Assembly: GCA_965219345.1 (NCBI GenBank)
Contig: OZ244732.1
Coordinates: 1,152,001-1,216,000 of the forward strand
Reading direction: 5' to 3'
From: Nitrosopumilus sp.
Lineage (GTDB): Archaea > Thermoproteota > Nitrososphaeria > Nitrososphaerales > Nitrosopumilaceae
DNA: 64,000 nt
Positions 9,960 to 19,446 of the stretch are shown here, in pieces (the first letter of the stretch is position 1; each line of letters opens with the position of its first letter). A model generated the notes under the pieces. It did no database searches, was not told the origin of the DNA, and was given only the letters and a program-made list of their open reading frames with translations. A program made the translations under genes and the position numbers.

Positions 9960-10910
9960 TTATTCTAGTTGATATAGATCCAATTTGCAATCAATACTGC
10001 AATCTGGTGTAGGCCAATCAAGTGTGTTTTCTTGTGGAATCATTCCAAGTGGATCGTAGTTGTCAAACTTTGTCATTCCTTGAATGGAAGACAACATTAC
10101 AACTTTGGATTCATCAGAAGTTGATATCACGTCTATTTGTGAATTACCTTCATTTAGAATCCCACTTGTGAGATTTGTGATTGAGTTTAAGACTCCAACG
10201 GGAATATTGCTTCCTCCAACTACATACAGCATTGAGCGTTTTATTGCATTTGGTGGGGCATTTTCATAGAGCATTTTTAGTGAATCCCTTAGAGAATCTT
10301 CAATATTTTGTCCTTCTTTGCTTGTTGTGAGAATGTTTGTTTCAGAAGACATTTCAGATGAATTAAGTGATTTTACTACGTGCATAATTGCAGAGTTTGC
10401 AATATCATAACATACCTTGGGACTCAAATCTGGATTACTCTCAAGTAACGAATCATTATCAAGTACAATAGTACATTCTGAGTTTTCTCTAACTCTTTTT
10501 AGGGATATTCCAGAATTAAAAATTCTATCTTTTTCATATTTGAAAGGCATAATTGCAAATGAAATCAATCCTTTGTCGGACTCTTTACAAATTTCTGATA
10601 CTACCGGTGCTATGGCTGAACCCGCTTTTCCAGCCAAGTTACTCATCAGAATTACTGTGGAATAGTCTGCAATCTTTGATTTTATTTCATCAGCAACCTT
10701 GTAAGTTGAGCCTCTGATTAATTGAACAGATGGATTAACTACCGAATCTGTTGAAACGTGAATAGATGGATTCTCCGCTGAGAGATCTTTAGCATCATTA
10801 CTGATTGTTAGACAATCCGAATTGATAGAATCTTTTGCTTTAATTGCTAATTTTGAGCCTACACCGCCTAAACCTATGACTAAGATTGGTTGTTTTACTT
10901 GAAAACTCAT
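9960..10910 (-). CDS. ftsZ: FtsZ/tubulin-family protein (divergent thaumarchaeal FtsZ)
   Basis: VIGLGGVG, degenerate signature NLAGKAGSAIAP, MPFKYE, VLDNDSL. Confidence 0.85.
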   Translation of the reverse strand: MSFQVKQPILVIGLGGVGSKLAIKAKDSINSDCLTISNDAKDLSAENPSIHVSTDSVVNPSVQLIRGSTYKVADEIKSKIADYSTVILMSNLAGKAGSAIAPVVSEICKESDKGLISFAIMPFKYEKDRIFNSGISLKRVRENSECTIVLDNDSLLESNPDLSPKVCYDIANSAIMHVVKSLNSSEMSSETNILTTSKEGQNIEDSLRDSLKMLYENAPPNAIKRSMLYVVGGSNIPVGVLNSITNLTSGILNEGNSQIDVISTSDESKVVMLSSIQGMTKFDNYDPLGMIPQENTLDWPTPDCSIDCKLDLYQLE

Positions 10911-10983
10911 TTCAGATACTATTCTTTGATTTAGATAAAAAACCTTCTTACGTTTTTTTAATCAAATCTTAGATCGAAAAAAA

Positions 10984-12252
10984 TTAGCTTGCGATCTTTC
11001 CAAGAAGACTGTTTACAGTAACATCTGTAATCTCAACTGTATAAAATTGACCGATACCTACTTCATTTCTAACAAAGATAGGCTTGTAAGCAAAATTTCT
11101 ACCTTTGATGCCGTCATCTGTCTTCTCATCAAATAGAACTTTGCCCGTCCAACCGATCCACTTTTTGTTATTGTCCAATGATATTTTGTTGATCTGTTCA
11201 AAAATCATCTTACTTCTTCGTTTAACTTCAGCAACATCAATTTGTTCCCATTCAGCTGCCTCAGTACCAGGTCTTGCACTGTATTTTGACAGATTTACAA
11301 TATCTGGTCTTGTTTCGTTAAGTAGATTTGCTGTTTTTTGAAAATCTTCTTCAGTCTCTGAAGGAAATCCAACTATGACATCAGTTGAAATAGTAAAGTC
11401 TCCGAACCTTTCTTTTGCCCTTTTTACAATTTCTCTGAAAGTACCAACAGTATGGCCTCTTTTCATGTCATTGAGTACTTTGTCGCTTCCACTTTGTACT
11501 GGAATGTGAAGAAATTTGAAGACTTTGTCATTGTCAAAAGATTCTATCAGTTCTTCTTTGATCCTTGGCATGTACATTGGGTTCATCATGCCAACTCTAA
11601 CCATAAAATCATCTGGAATTTCTACAATCGCATCTATTAGTGATGGTAGATCAGTTCCAATGTCAAACCCATAACATCCGTTATCTGTAGATGTCAACCA
11701 CACTTCTTTACACCCTTCCTTGATCTCTGTTTGGACTTGTCTTACGATATCACCCAATCTATAACTTGAAAGATCTCCTTTGGATAGTTTGGTCTGACAA
11801 AATGTACATTCACTCATACATCCACTTGCTATCTCTATAATTCCAACTACTGGATTTAATCTGACCTTTGGAAGTCCAGTCTTTGATAAATCAGAGTCTT
11901 CTAACGAAATCTGTTTTCTACCATTTAATGTTGAATCAATCACCTGAAGTGTTTTTCCTAATGAGTTAGGTCCTAACAGGCTAGCATTTTCCGCAAACTT
12001 TTCAACAGTACTCTTTTCTGCTTTTGGAAAACATCCTGCCACAACCAATGGTTTTGATTTTAATGATTTTATTCTATGAATCATCTTGTTTGCAGTAGCG
12101 TCTTTGACAGAGCATGTTACCACTAAATTCAAATCAGATTCTGAAGAGTCATCTACTAAAGTATGACCGCCATTTAGAATAAGTCCTGAAATCATCTCTG
12201 AATCTGCAAAGCTAGCAGAACATCCGTAAGCTTCTACGAAAATCTTTGCCAT
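10984..12252 (-). CDS. mtaB: tRNA t6A methylthiotransferase (radical SAM, MtaB/CDKAL1 type)
   Basis: UPF0004 YGC..S...TCSV...GC, CxxxCxxC (CMSECTFC), GMMNP, C-terminal TRAM domain. Confidence 0.88.
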   Translation of the reverse strand: MAKIFVEAYGCSASFADSEMISGLILNGGHTLVDDSSESDLNLVVTCSVKDATANKMIHRIKSLKSKPLVVAGCFPKAEKSTVEKFAENASLLGPNSLGKTLQVIDSTLNGRKQISLEDSDLSKTGLPKVRLNPVVGIIEIASGCMSECTFCQTKLSKGDLSSYRLGDIVRQVQTEIKEGCKEVWLTSTDNGCYGFDIGTDLPSLIDAIVEIPDDFMVRVGMMNPMYMPRIKEELIESFDNDKVFKFLHIPVQSGSDKVLNDMKRGHTVGTFREIVKRAKERFGDFTISTDVIVGFPSETEEDFQKTANLLNETRPDIVNLSKYSARPGTEAAEWEQIDVAEVKRRSKMIFEQINKISLDNNKKWIGWTGKVLFDEKTDDGIKGRNFAYKPIFVRNEVGIGQFYTVEITDVTVNSLLGKIAS

Positions 12253-12255
12253 AAT

Positions 12256-13617
12256 CTACCCAAATAGAGAATTGATTTCCTTGTTACTAAATAGTTTCTT
12301 TGAAACAACCAACTCTCTGATGGTCTTTCCAGTTTTTAGTGATTCTTTGAAAAGTTCTGCAGATTTTTGATATCCTATTTTTGGAGTTAGCAAAGTAACA
12401 ATTACTGGACTATTTTCAATGTCCTTACGTAACTTGCCTTTGTTTGCAGCAAGTCCATTAATTAGATTTGCAGAAAATATTGGCAAGAAATTTTTGAGCA
12501 TATCTGTCGATTCTAGCATACACTTCAGCATTCCAGGCAACATGACATTGAGCTCAAACTGTCCGCTTTGTGCTGCATAAGCCACTGCTGTATCATTCCC
12601 AATTATGTTAAAACAAATCATGTTCATACATTCGGCTAAAGATGGATTTACTTTACCTGGCATAATGGACGAACCTGCATGTACTGCAGGAATTCCAAGT
12701 TCAGCCAATCCTGCAATTGGACCCGATGCCATTAATCTGATATCGTTTGCGATCTTTCCTATCTCTAGTGCCAAGTTTCGTAAAGACCCTGACAAATTTG
12801 TAACTGCAAACTTGCTTTGTAAACTATACTGCATATCTTTTTCAGGTTTTAGTGAAAGTCTGGAAATTTTTCCAAGTTCAACTATTGCAATCTTTCTGTA
12901 ACCTCTTGGTGTGTTTGCACCCGAGCCTACAGCTGTTCCTCCAAGAGCAACATTTTGTAATTCTTTTTGTGATGAAATAATTTCATTTCTTGCTTTGGTA
13001 ATTGATGTTACATAAGCTGCAAATTCACTACCTAGTGTTACTGGTAATGCATCCATTAGATGTGTTCTTCCAATTTTCTTAAATGATGAAAATTGTTTTG
13101 CTTTCTTTGATAGTGACTTTATCAAAATATCAATAGCTGGAATCACATCTTTAAGATTCATCAAAATTGCAACATGCATAGCAGTTGGATATGTGTCATT
13201 ACTTGATTGTGACATGTTTACATGATCATTTGGATGTAAGAATTGGTATTGTCCTTTCTTTTTATGTAGTATTTCTAGTGCAACGTTTGCAATAACCTCA
13301 TTAGAATTCATGTTAAATGCAGTACCTGCACCAGAGTTGATCATGTCTACTGCAAATTGATCAACATATTTTCCAGACAAAATTTTATCACATGCAGAAA
13401 CTATGGCCCTTCCACGCTTTGTGTCAATGGACTTTGTCTTCATATTTGCTAGTGCTGCAGAACGTTTAATCATTACAAATGACTTGATCAAATTTTCATG
13501 GCTTTTGTTTCCTGTAACATGATACTGTTTGATTGCTCTTCCAGTAAACGCCCCATAATATGCATCAGCTGGGATTTTGACTTTTCCAAGTGAATCTTGG
13601 TCTAATCTAAATTTCAT
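12256..13617 (-). CDS. class II fumarate hydratase / aspartate ammonia-lyase
   Basis: HPNDHVNMSQSSND, GRTHLMDA, GSSIMPGKVNP. FumC versus AspA cannot be resolved by eye. Confidence 0.9.
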   Translation of the reverse strand: MKFRLDQDSLGKVKIPADAYYGAFTGRAIKQYHVTGNKSHENLIKSFVMIKRSAALANMKTKSIDTKRGRAIVSACDKILSGKYVDQFAVDMINSGAGTAFNMNSNEVIANVALEILHKKKGQYQFLHPNDHVNMSQSSNDTYPTAMHVAILMNLKDVIPAIDILIKSLSKKAKQFSSFKKIGRTHLMDALPVTLGSEFAAYVTSITKARNEIISSQKELQNVALGGTAVGSGANTPRGYRKIAIVELGKISRLSLKPEKDMQYSLQSKFAVTNLSGSLRNLALEIGKIANDIRLMASGPIAGLAELGIPAVHAGSSIMPGKVNPSLAECMNMICFNIIGNDTAVAYAAQSGQFELNVMLPGMLKCMLESTDMLKNFLPIFSANLINGLAANKGKLRKDIENSPVIVTLLTPKIGYQKSAELFKESLKTGKTIRELVVSKKLFSNKEINSLFG

Positions 13618-13729
13618 ATTGATTTTATAACAAATTATCTCCTATTATTCATTCTTTTTCAGATAATTTCATAATTACATAAGATGGGAATGCCAATTAT
13701 TATATAGGAATCATAAATGATCGGTTTTA

Positions 13730-15142
13730 ATGAATAAGCGTGTTAGTATGCTCTTTACAATTGCAGCTGTAGCTGTAATGGGAGCAACCTTATTCGGAAG
13801 CACATACACACAAACCCAAATTAGCGGACAATCCCTTGACATGTCTCAAATAGACATGGATATGATGGATCAGATTCGTCAAATGGGCGGTTTACAGCTT
13901 GTAATGCCACAAGCATTCGCAGAAACTGATTGTGGTGCACTTGCAGATACTGGACGCGACGTAGTTGAGTTCAATCTAACTGGTGAAAGTGTTGAACTTC
14001 CAATAATGGGAGGAAAGACATACAACGCCATGACTTTTAATCAACAGGTCCCAGGACCAACATTAAGAGTCACACAAGGTGATGTCGTAAAAATGACACT
14101 TTCAATTCCAGCTGATGAGGTTACTGGTCACGGTAACGACATGCACGCATCACAAATTACTGCATTGGCTTTTGACTCCGTAAATCCTGGAGAAACAAGT
14201 CAATACTGTTACATCGCTGAATCCGCAGGTGTTTTCAAATACCACTGTTCTGGTGTCCACTTAATTGGAATGGACCAACACGTACTTTCCGGCATGTACG
14301 GAATTGCAATTGTTGATCCTGCAAACGGATACAAGAAACTAATGGTAGAGAAGACAAGCGGCAGTGGTGAACTTGACAGACAGTTCTACAGTGCAGATGC
14401 ATTAGAGTTCACACTGCAATTCAACCAGTTATACCTTACACCTGAAGGCAATTATGACATGAGCAAAATGATGTCTCACCAAAATACTGCAACAGTAGTC
14501 AATGGAATGCAATTTGGTTACACTCCAAACATGGCACATAATTTACTCGTCAAAGGCGACGTGGATACCGACTTCTTTGTCGTACAACCATGGAAAGGAC
14601 TTGATTTGAAGCAGTACCAATCACAACTATTGTATGTTGAAAATGATCAACATGTAAGACTCTTTATTGAAAACCAAGGTAACGAGCCAGTATTCTTCCA
14701 CATTGTTGGAGAAATTTTGGATAGAGTTACACAAGGCAATAGAGTTCAGTCAGCAGCAACTGAAACATGGTTGCTTGGTGGTTCACAGAACATGATTGTG
14801 GATTTGGTATTTGATGAACCAGGAGCTTACGCACTAGTAAACCACGACTATGCAGCAATTTATTCTGGCGGACTTGGTCTATTTGTTGCAGGTGATCCAT
14901 TCAACTTGAATCCACTTTTAGTTGAAAAAGGAGTCATCCCTGCACCAGTGGCATCTTATGCACATGCATTAGGTAATCCAAGTGATGCTGTCCCACCAAT
15001 GGGAATGAACAGTATTGCACATCCAAAAGTAAACATTCATGGTCTATACACTGACGAAGTAGCTTCTGAAATGCAAGCAAGTGGCGATTATATCGCATTA
15101 TGGGAAGTAATTCCTGTAGTAGCAGAAATGTTAACTTCTTGA
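13730..15142 (+). CDS. nirK: copper-containing nitrite reductase (AOA-type NirK)
   Basis: Signal peptide, PGPTLRV, HGNDMH, YHCSG...HVLSGM (type 1 Cu ligands), FHIVG, NHD. Confidence 0.92.
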   Translation: MNKRVSMLFTIAAVAVMGATLFGSTYTQTQISGQSLDMSQIDMDMMDQIRQMGGLQLVMPQAFAETDCGALADTGRDVVEFNLTGESVELPIMGGKTYNAMTFNQQVPGPTLRVTQGDVVKMTLSIPADEVTGHGNDMHASQITALAFDSVNPGETSQYCYIAESAGVFKYHCSGVHLIGMDQHVLSGMYGIAIVDPANGYKKLMVEKTSGSGELDRQFYSADALEFTLQFNQLYLTPEGNYDMSKMMSHQNTATVVNGMQFGYTPNMAHNLLVKGDVDTDFFVVQPWKGLDLKQYQSQLLYVENDQHVRLFIENQGNEPVFFHIVGEILDRVTQGNRVQSAATETWLLGGSQNMIVDLVFDEPGAYALVNHDYAAIYSGGLGLFVAGDPFNLNPLLVEKGVIPAPVASYAHALGNPSDAVPPMGMNSIAHPKVNIHGLYTDEVASEMQASGDYIALWEVIPVVAEMLTS

Positions 15143-15147
15143 TCACA

Positions 15148-15170
15148 CCTTCTTTTTCTTTATTTTTTAC
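15148..15170 (+). terminator. oligo-T terminator after nirK
   Basis: CCTTCTTTTTCTTTATTTTTT directly after the stop codon, typical of archaeal terminators. Confidence 0.5.
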
Positions 15171-15208
15171 TCATAATGATTATATTCGGTGAATAAAGGC
15201 AATCATTC

Positions 15209-16141
15209 ATGAGTTTTGAAGATTCTGTTTTAATCTGTGATGAGGTAGATCCAATACTAAACAAAATTTTAGAGGACAATGGTTTGAAAGTTTCTTATGA
15301 ACCTACAATCACTGCTGAACAAATCAAAGAAACAATAGGACAGTACGATATTGTAATTGTTAGAAGCAGGACAAAATTAACTAAAGATCTAGTTGAAAAA
15401 GCAGATAAATGTAAAATTATTGCACGTGTTGGTGTTGGGCTTGATAATATAGATCAAGACGCAGCCAAAGCAAAAAACATTCGTGTAATTAATGCAGTAG
15501 AAGGTGCAATGAATGCGGTAGCTGAATTAGTTTTGGGATTAATGCTATCTTTGGCAAGACAGACTGCTCGAGGTGATCGAGAAATTAGAAATGGAAATTG
15601 GCTTAAAAAAGAACTCAAGGGTACAGAACTCCGAGGAAAATACCTTGGAATTATTGGTTTAGGAAATATTGGAAAAAGATTGGGAAGACTTGCACGTGCA
15701 CTTAATATGAATATTATCGGGTATGATGTAATTCCGATTGATGAAGAATTTTCAAAAGAAGTTGGTTTAATGAAAGCAGATTTGAATACACTCTTGCAAA
15801 GTTCTGATTTTATCTCAATACATGTTCCTTTGTTAGATTCTACATATCATCTTCTAGATGCTCAAAAAATGTCTACAATGAAAAAAACTGCAAAAATTAT
15901 CAATACATCACGAGGTGGAGTCGTTGATGAGGATGCTCTGTATGATGCCATCAAAAATGGCACATTAGGTGGTGCGGCTTTAGATGTATTTGAAAAAGAA
16001 CCAGCCATTGGAAACAAATTGGCAGAACTAGACAATGTAATTCTAACGCCGCATATTGGTGCACAAACAAAAGAAGCTCAGTCTTTGGCTGCAAATGTAA
16101 TTGCTGAAAAGATTGTCCAGATACTTCGAGGCGTAATCTAG
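15209..16141 (+). CDS. D-2-hydroxyacid / D-3-phosphoglycerate dehydrogenase (SerA-like, no ACT domain)
   Basis: RVGVGLDN, GIIGLGNIG, INTSRG, ALDVFEKEP, TPHIGA. Confidence 0.9.
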   Translation: MSFEDSVLICDEVDPILNKILEDNGLKVSYEPTITAEQIKETIGQYDIVIVRSRTKLTKDLVEKADKCKIIARVGVGLDNIDQDAAKAKNIRVINAVEGAMNAVAELVLGLMLSLARQTARGDREIRNGNWLKKELKGTELRGKYLGIIGLGNIGKRLGRLARALNMNIIGYDVIPIDEEFSKEVGLMKADLNTLLQSSDFISIHVPLLDSTYHLLDAQKMSTMKKTAKIINTSRGGVVDEDALYDAIKNGTLGGAALDVFEKEPAIGNKLAELDNVILTPHIGAQTKEAQSLAANVIAEKIVQILRGVI

Positions 16142-16324
16142 TTTTCTCATAGAATTTCTGCCTGAACTTTAAAAATAAGCAAAAAAGCTTGACTTGTACG
16201 TGATTAATTATCGTCTCATTCTTTTTAACACCAGTTTGGAGGATCTGATATCGTATTGAATAATTACAAAATGGATGAACTGCAATCTGAAAGACTAAGG
16301 CATTTTCCTAATGTTAATCTTCTG

Positions 16325-17143
16325 TTGAAAATCTCACTTGGTTTGATATTTTTTACAATCATTTCTTCTGCATTTGTATATGCAGAAACTCTTTCTGTAG
16401 ATATTGAGGGAAATTCATTTGATGTTGACTATACCGCAACAGGAATGACTGTATCTGGAATTGAAGCTGATTTAGATTTTATTTCCCTGATCTTGACTGT
16501 TGATGTTTCTGATTCTCCTGGAACTCTGGATATTACATTTGACAGATCTTTCTTTGATTCTATTTTTAATGGAGCAGATGATGACTTTATTATTTTAGCA
16601 GATGGCGATGAACCCGATTCCACAGAAACTGACACAACTGCTCAAAGCAGAACTCTAAGCATTCAAGTACCTGCAGGAACTGAAGATATAGAAATCATAG
16701 GCTCTGTCTTTGGTAATCCTCCAGCAGAAACAGAAGAAACCACGATGGAAGAGACCATGGAAAAAGAGACCACGATGGAAGAGACCATGGAAGAAGAGAC
16801 CACGATGGAAGAGACCATGGAAGAAGAGACCATGGAAAAAGAGACCACGATGGAAGAGACCATGGAAGAACCAACAGAAACCGTTGTTGAGACATCAAAA
16901 GTCCAATGTGGACCTGGAACTGTTCTTAAAGATGGTGCTTGTGTACTGGATGAAAGATGCGGTCCTGGAACTGTTCTTAAGGATGGTGCATGCGTTCTTG
17001 ATTCAACACCAAAGTCTTCTGGAACTTCTGTTAAAGTAATTGGCAAAGAATTGATTACAGGAACTGTTGCAGCATTTGTAATTGCTATGATAACTGTAAT
17101 TATTTTGGGAGCAATCTCTAGAGCTAGCAAAAGTGAAAATTAA
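16325..17143 (+). CDS. membrane-anchored surface protein with an acidic repeat linker and Cys-pair repeats
   Basis: Signal peptide from TTG 16325, acidic beta-domain, ETTMEETMEE repeats, 2 x CGPGTVLKDGACVLD, C-terminal TM helix. Confidence 0.75.
   Translation: MKISLGLIFFTIISSAFVYAETLSVDIEGNSFDVDYTATGMTVSGIEADLDFISLILTVDVSDSPGTLDITFDRSFFDSIFNGADDDFIILADGDEPDSTETDTTAQSRTLSIQVPAGTEDIEIIGSVFGNPPAETEETTMEETMEKETTMEETMEEETTMEETMEEETMEKETTMEETMEEPTETVVETSKVQCGPGTVLKDGACVLDERCGPGTVLKDGACVLDSTPKSSGTSVKVIGKELITGTVAAFVIAMITVIILGAISRASKSEN
16736..17002 (+). repeat. coding repeats: GAGACCACGATGGAA/GAGACCATGGAA units and a 45-bp duplication
   Basis: Visible directly. The 45-bp copies are at 16907 and 16958. 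Confidence 0.9.
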
Positions 17144-17184
17144 TCACAAGACAAATCCTCATGCTGTGATGATTGAATGTTTAT

Positions 17185-17841
17185 TCATATTTGATTTTCT
17201 ATTCCTGTTGGCGAAGAAATAATGCTTTCATCAATGAGATAACTTATCACTTGAGCAAAGTCTTTATCTGAAATTATTCCTTGAACCCACCAAAATCCTA
17301 TATTTTTTACCCAATCTGGTACATCTATTTCATGAATGTTTTCATCATCAATTTCAAAAGGTATATCAATTAATTCTGTATCCACATATTTCTGAAATGC
17401 ATCCATTAGATAACCATCTGATATTTTATCATTGAGCCATTCTATCAAAAACTGTCTAACTGATTCTGGAATACATTTATTATCTGAATCAATTAAATTA
17501 AATTCTGCTGTAACTTTTTCATCTGCATATTCTACATCAATAAAATATTTTCCTAATGGAAAAATTTCTTTTTCAAAAGCAAGTAACGATGGAACTGAAT
17601 TTTGTAAATTGGTAATTGGTATTGAAATTGCACTACTTCCTTTACCTGTTTCATCCCTGATATGAATAATTGCAGGTTCCCCTGTAATCTCTGAGACTTC
17701 AATTATGTAGAATAGTCTTTCACAATAACTGTATGTTGTTTTTTCCATTATGATAGTTACTGGGGGCTCTGCATGAGCAGCTGGCAAAAATACAAAAGTT
17801 ATTGCCAAAATTATAGGCAAGACAGCATTCCTTACTCTCAT
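17185..17841 (-). CDS. secreted protein with a C-terminal thaumarchaeal PxWVK..WW domain
   Basis: Signal peptide and VPDWVKNIGFWWVQGIISDKDF...YLI motif. Confidence 0.7.
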   Translation of the reverse strand: MRVRNAVLPIILAITFVFLPAAHAEPPVTIIMEKTTYSYCERLFYIIEVSEITGEPAIIHIRDETGKGSSAISIPITNLQNSVPSLLAFEKEIFPLGKYFIDVEYADEKVTAEFNLIDSDNKCIPESVRQFLIEWLNDKISDGYLMDAFQKYVDTELIDIPFEIDDENIHEIDVPDWVKNIGFWWVQGIISDKDFAQVISYLIDESIISSPTGIENQI

Positions 17842-17889
17842 TTTCTCTCTCTGGGAATTGCTCAATAAAAATCACAAAGCAAAATTGAG

Positions 17890-18009
17890 GGTTCTGTAAC
17901 GTTATAGGCACCTAGGAAGGTACCAGTTCCGTCCTTACGATCAAAAAATGTTACTAATCTTCAATCCTTAGAAGATCCATATCTCAGGTGCCTATTACGT
18001 TACAGAACC
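17890..18009. mobile_element. 120-bp MITE-like element with 24-bp terminal inverted repeats (IS6-like ends); a structured ncRNA is the alternative
   Basis: Left end GGTTCTGTAACGTTATAGGCACCT and reverse complement of right end GGTTCTGTAACGTAATAGGCACCT match 23/24. No substantial ORF inside and no target duplication seen. Confidence 0.6.
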
Positions 18010-18028
18010 GTGTTTATACAACTTTTTG

Positions 18029-18046
18029 TTTGATATTTCTATCAAA
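18029..18046. promoter_or_regulatory. palindrome TTTGATA-N4-TATCAAA upstream of rpl15e
   Basis: Perfect 7-bp arms about 25 bp upstream of a TATA-like TTATTAAA. Function is inferred only. Confidence 0.3.
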
Positions 18047-18090
18047 GGGGGCATTTGAACGATTTTACAGTTATTAAAGGGGATTTTACT

Positions 18091-18555
18091 ATGCCCGATA
18101 TGCCTAGTCATCAAGACAAGATATGGATCAGACTTTGGAAAGAAAATGCTACCGAACTACGTGAACGTGTAGTTGGATGGCGTAGGCAGAATGCTGTTAC
18201 CAGAATCGAAAAACCAAGCAGACTGCAAAGGGCCAGAAGATTAGGCTACAAGGCAAAACAAGGAATCATTGTTGTCAGAATGAGAGTTGGAACTGGTGGT
18301 ATGAGAAAACAGAGACCTACAGGTGGGAGAAGACCAAAACATCTTGGAGTTACAAGAATCAAGGCGGATGACAATATGAAAACAGTTGCTGAAAGAAGAG
18401 TTCTTGAGAGATATCCAAACATGAAACTTTTGGGTTCATACTATATCTACAAAGATGGAAAACACTATTGGTTTGAAGTTATCCTAGCAGATCCAGCACA
18501 TCCAAGAATTGCTCAGGATAAAGAATTAAACCAACGAATATCTCAAGCTGCATAA
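18091..18555 (+). CDS. rpl15e: 50S ribosomal protein L15e
   Basis: RARRLGYKAKQG, AERRV..RYPNMKLLGSY, WFEVILADP.HP.I. Confidence 0.96.
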   Translation: MPDMPSHQDKIWIRLWKENATELRERVVGWRRQNAVTRIEKPSRLQRARRLGYKAKQGIIVVRMRVGTGGMRKQRPTGGRRPKHLGVTRIKADDNMKTVAERRVLERYPNMKLLGSYYIYKDGKHYWFEVILADPAHPRIAQDKELNQRISQAA

Positions 18556-18556
18556 A

Positions 18557-19369
18557 TTGAAATTATTTTTATTCATTCCATTATTTTTGTTTTTAATAGT
18601 TGCACCTGCATTTGGTCAACTGTCTGATTCGACTGGTCTGGCAAAACGTTTAGACGTCGAAACAGGTGGCTATACATTTGAAATTGAAACTGTTTCAAAC
18701 TTTGACTTAAAAGAACATGAATTTGATATAAATGAAAAACGACTGACAATTTTCATTAACAGTGGATTGGAAAATAATTTGGGTGAAATAATTATTCCAA
18801 AAATGTTACTTGGTGGTAATTTTACTTTTTATCTAAATGATATGGAGTTCAACCCAAAAATAAAATCAAATGACAAGATTTCATTTATCACTCTAAACTT
18901 TACTGGAACAGGTAACCACAAAATTGACATTATTGCGACTAATGCTGTTACCGAAGTAGAAGAAAAATCAGAAATCCATATTATTGATGAATCTACGTCT
19001 GAAAATGGTGGATGTCTAATCGCTACTGCAACATTTGACTCAGAACTAGCACCTCAAGTACAGCAACTAAGGGAAATACGTGATCAAAAGTTAATGAAAA
19101 CAGATTCTGGACAATTATTTTTGAACTCTTTCAATGAATTTTATTATTCATTTAGTCCGATAATTGCTGATTATGAACGTGAGAATCCTGTTTTCAAAGA
19201 AATTGTCAAGATTGTTATCACCCCAATGCTTTCAACACTTTCAATTCTGAATTATGTTGATATGGATTCAGAAGCTGAAGTACTAGGTTATGGAATTGGT
19301 TTGATTCTTCTAAATATCGGTATGTATTTTGTGGCTCCTGCTGTTGTAATTATAAAAATTGGAAAATAA
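18557..19369 (+). CDS. secreted protein with a CFI-box-CTERM-like domain
   Basis: Signal peptide, GGCLIATATFDSELAPQVQQLREIRD...FYYSFSP, C-terminal TM helix. Confidence 0.8.
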   Translation: MKLFLFIPLFLFLIVAPAFGQLSDSTGLAKRLDVETGGYTFEIETVSNFDLKEHEFDINEKRLTIFINSGLENNLGEIIIPKMLLGGNFTFYLNDMEFNPKIKSNDKISFITLNFTGTGNHKIDIIATNAVTEVEEKSEIHIIDESTSENGGCLIATATFDSELAPQVQQLREIRDQKLMKTDSGQLFLNSFNEFYYSFSPIIADYERENPVFKEIVKIVITPMLSTLSILNYVDMDSEAEVLGYGIGLILLNIGMYFVAPAVVIIKIGK

Positions 19370-19446
19370 ATCAATATGGAAATCCAAAAATTGCTCTAAT
19401 TGGAGGGTTTGGTTAGTTGTGGCACTATCAATAGTCGTTGTTTTGC

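Noticed and set aside
16170-16300. Possible C/D boxes (GTGATTA, CTGA) or receiver-domain remnants
   Set aside because: Box spacing is non-canonical, there is no terminal stem, and the peptide similarity is too short to support.
16663-17130. Alternative-frame ORFs over the repeat (e.g. KRPRWKRPWK)
   Set aside because: Shadow ORFs created by a stop-free repeat inside a real gene.
17916-17931. GGAA-N8-TTCC resembling an NrpR operator
   Set aside because: The NrpR consensus spacing is N6.
17907-17992. tRNA-like reading (GGCACCT...AGGTGCC as an acceptor stem)
   Set aside because: No T-loop GTTCRA and no convincing D or anticodon arms. The pairing is part of the longer inverted repeat.
19370-19446. 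Short hydrophobic coding-like remnant between convergent genes
   Set aside because: Too short and interrupted to assign.
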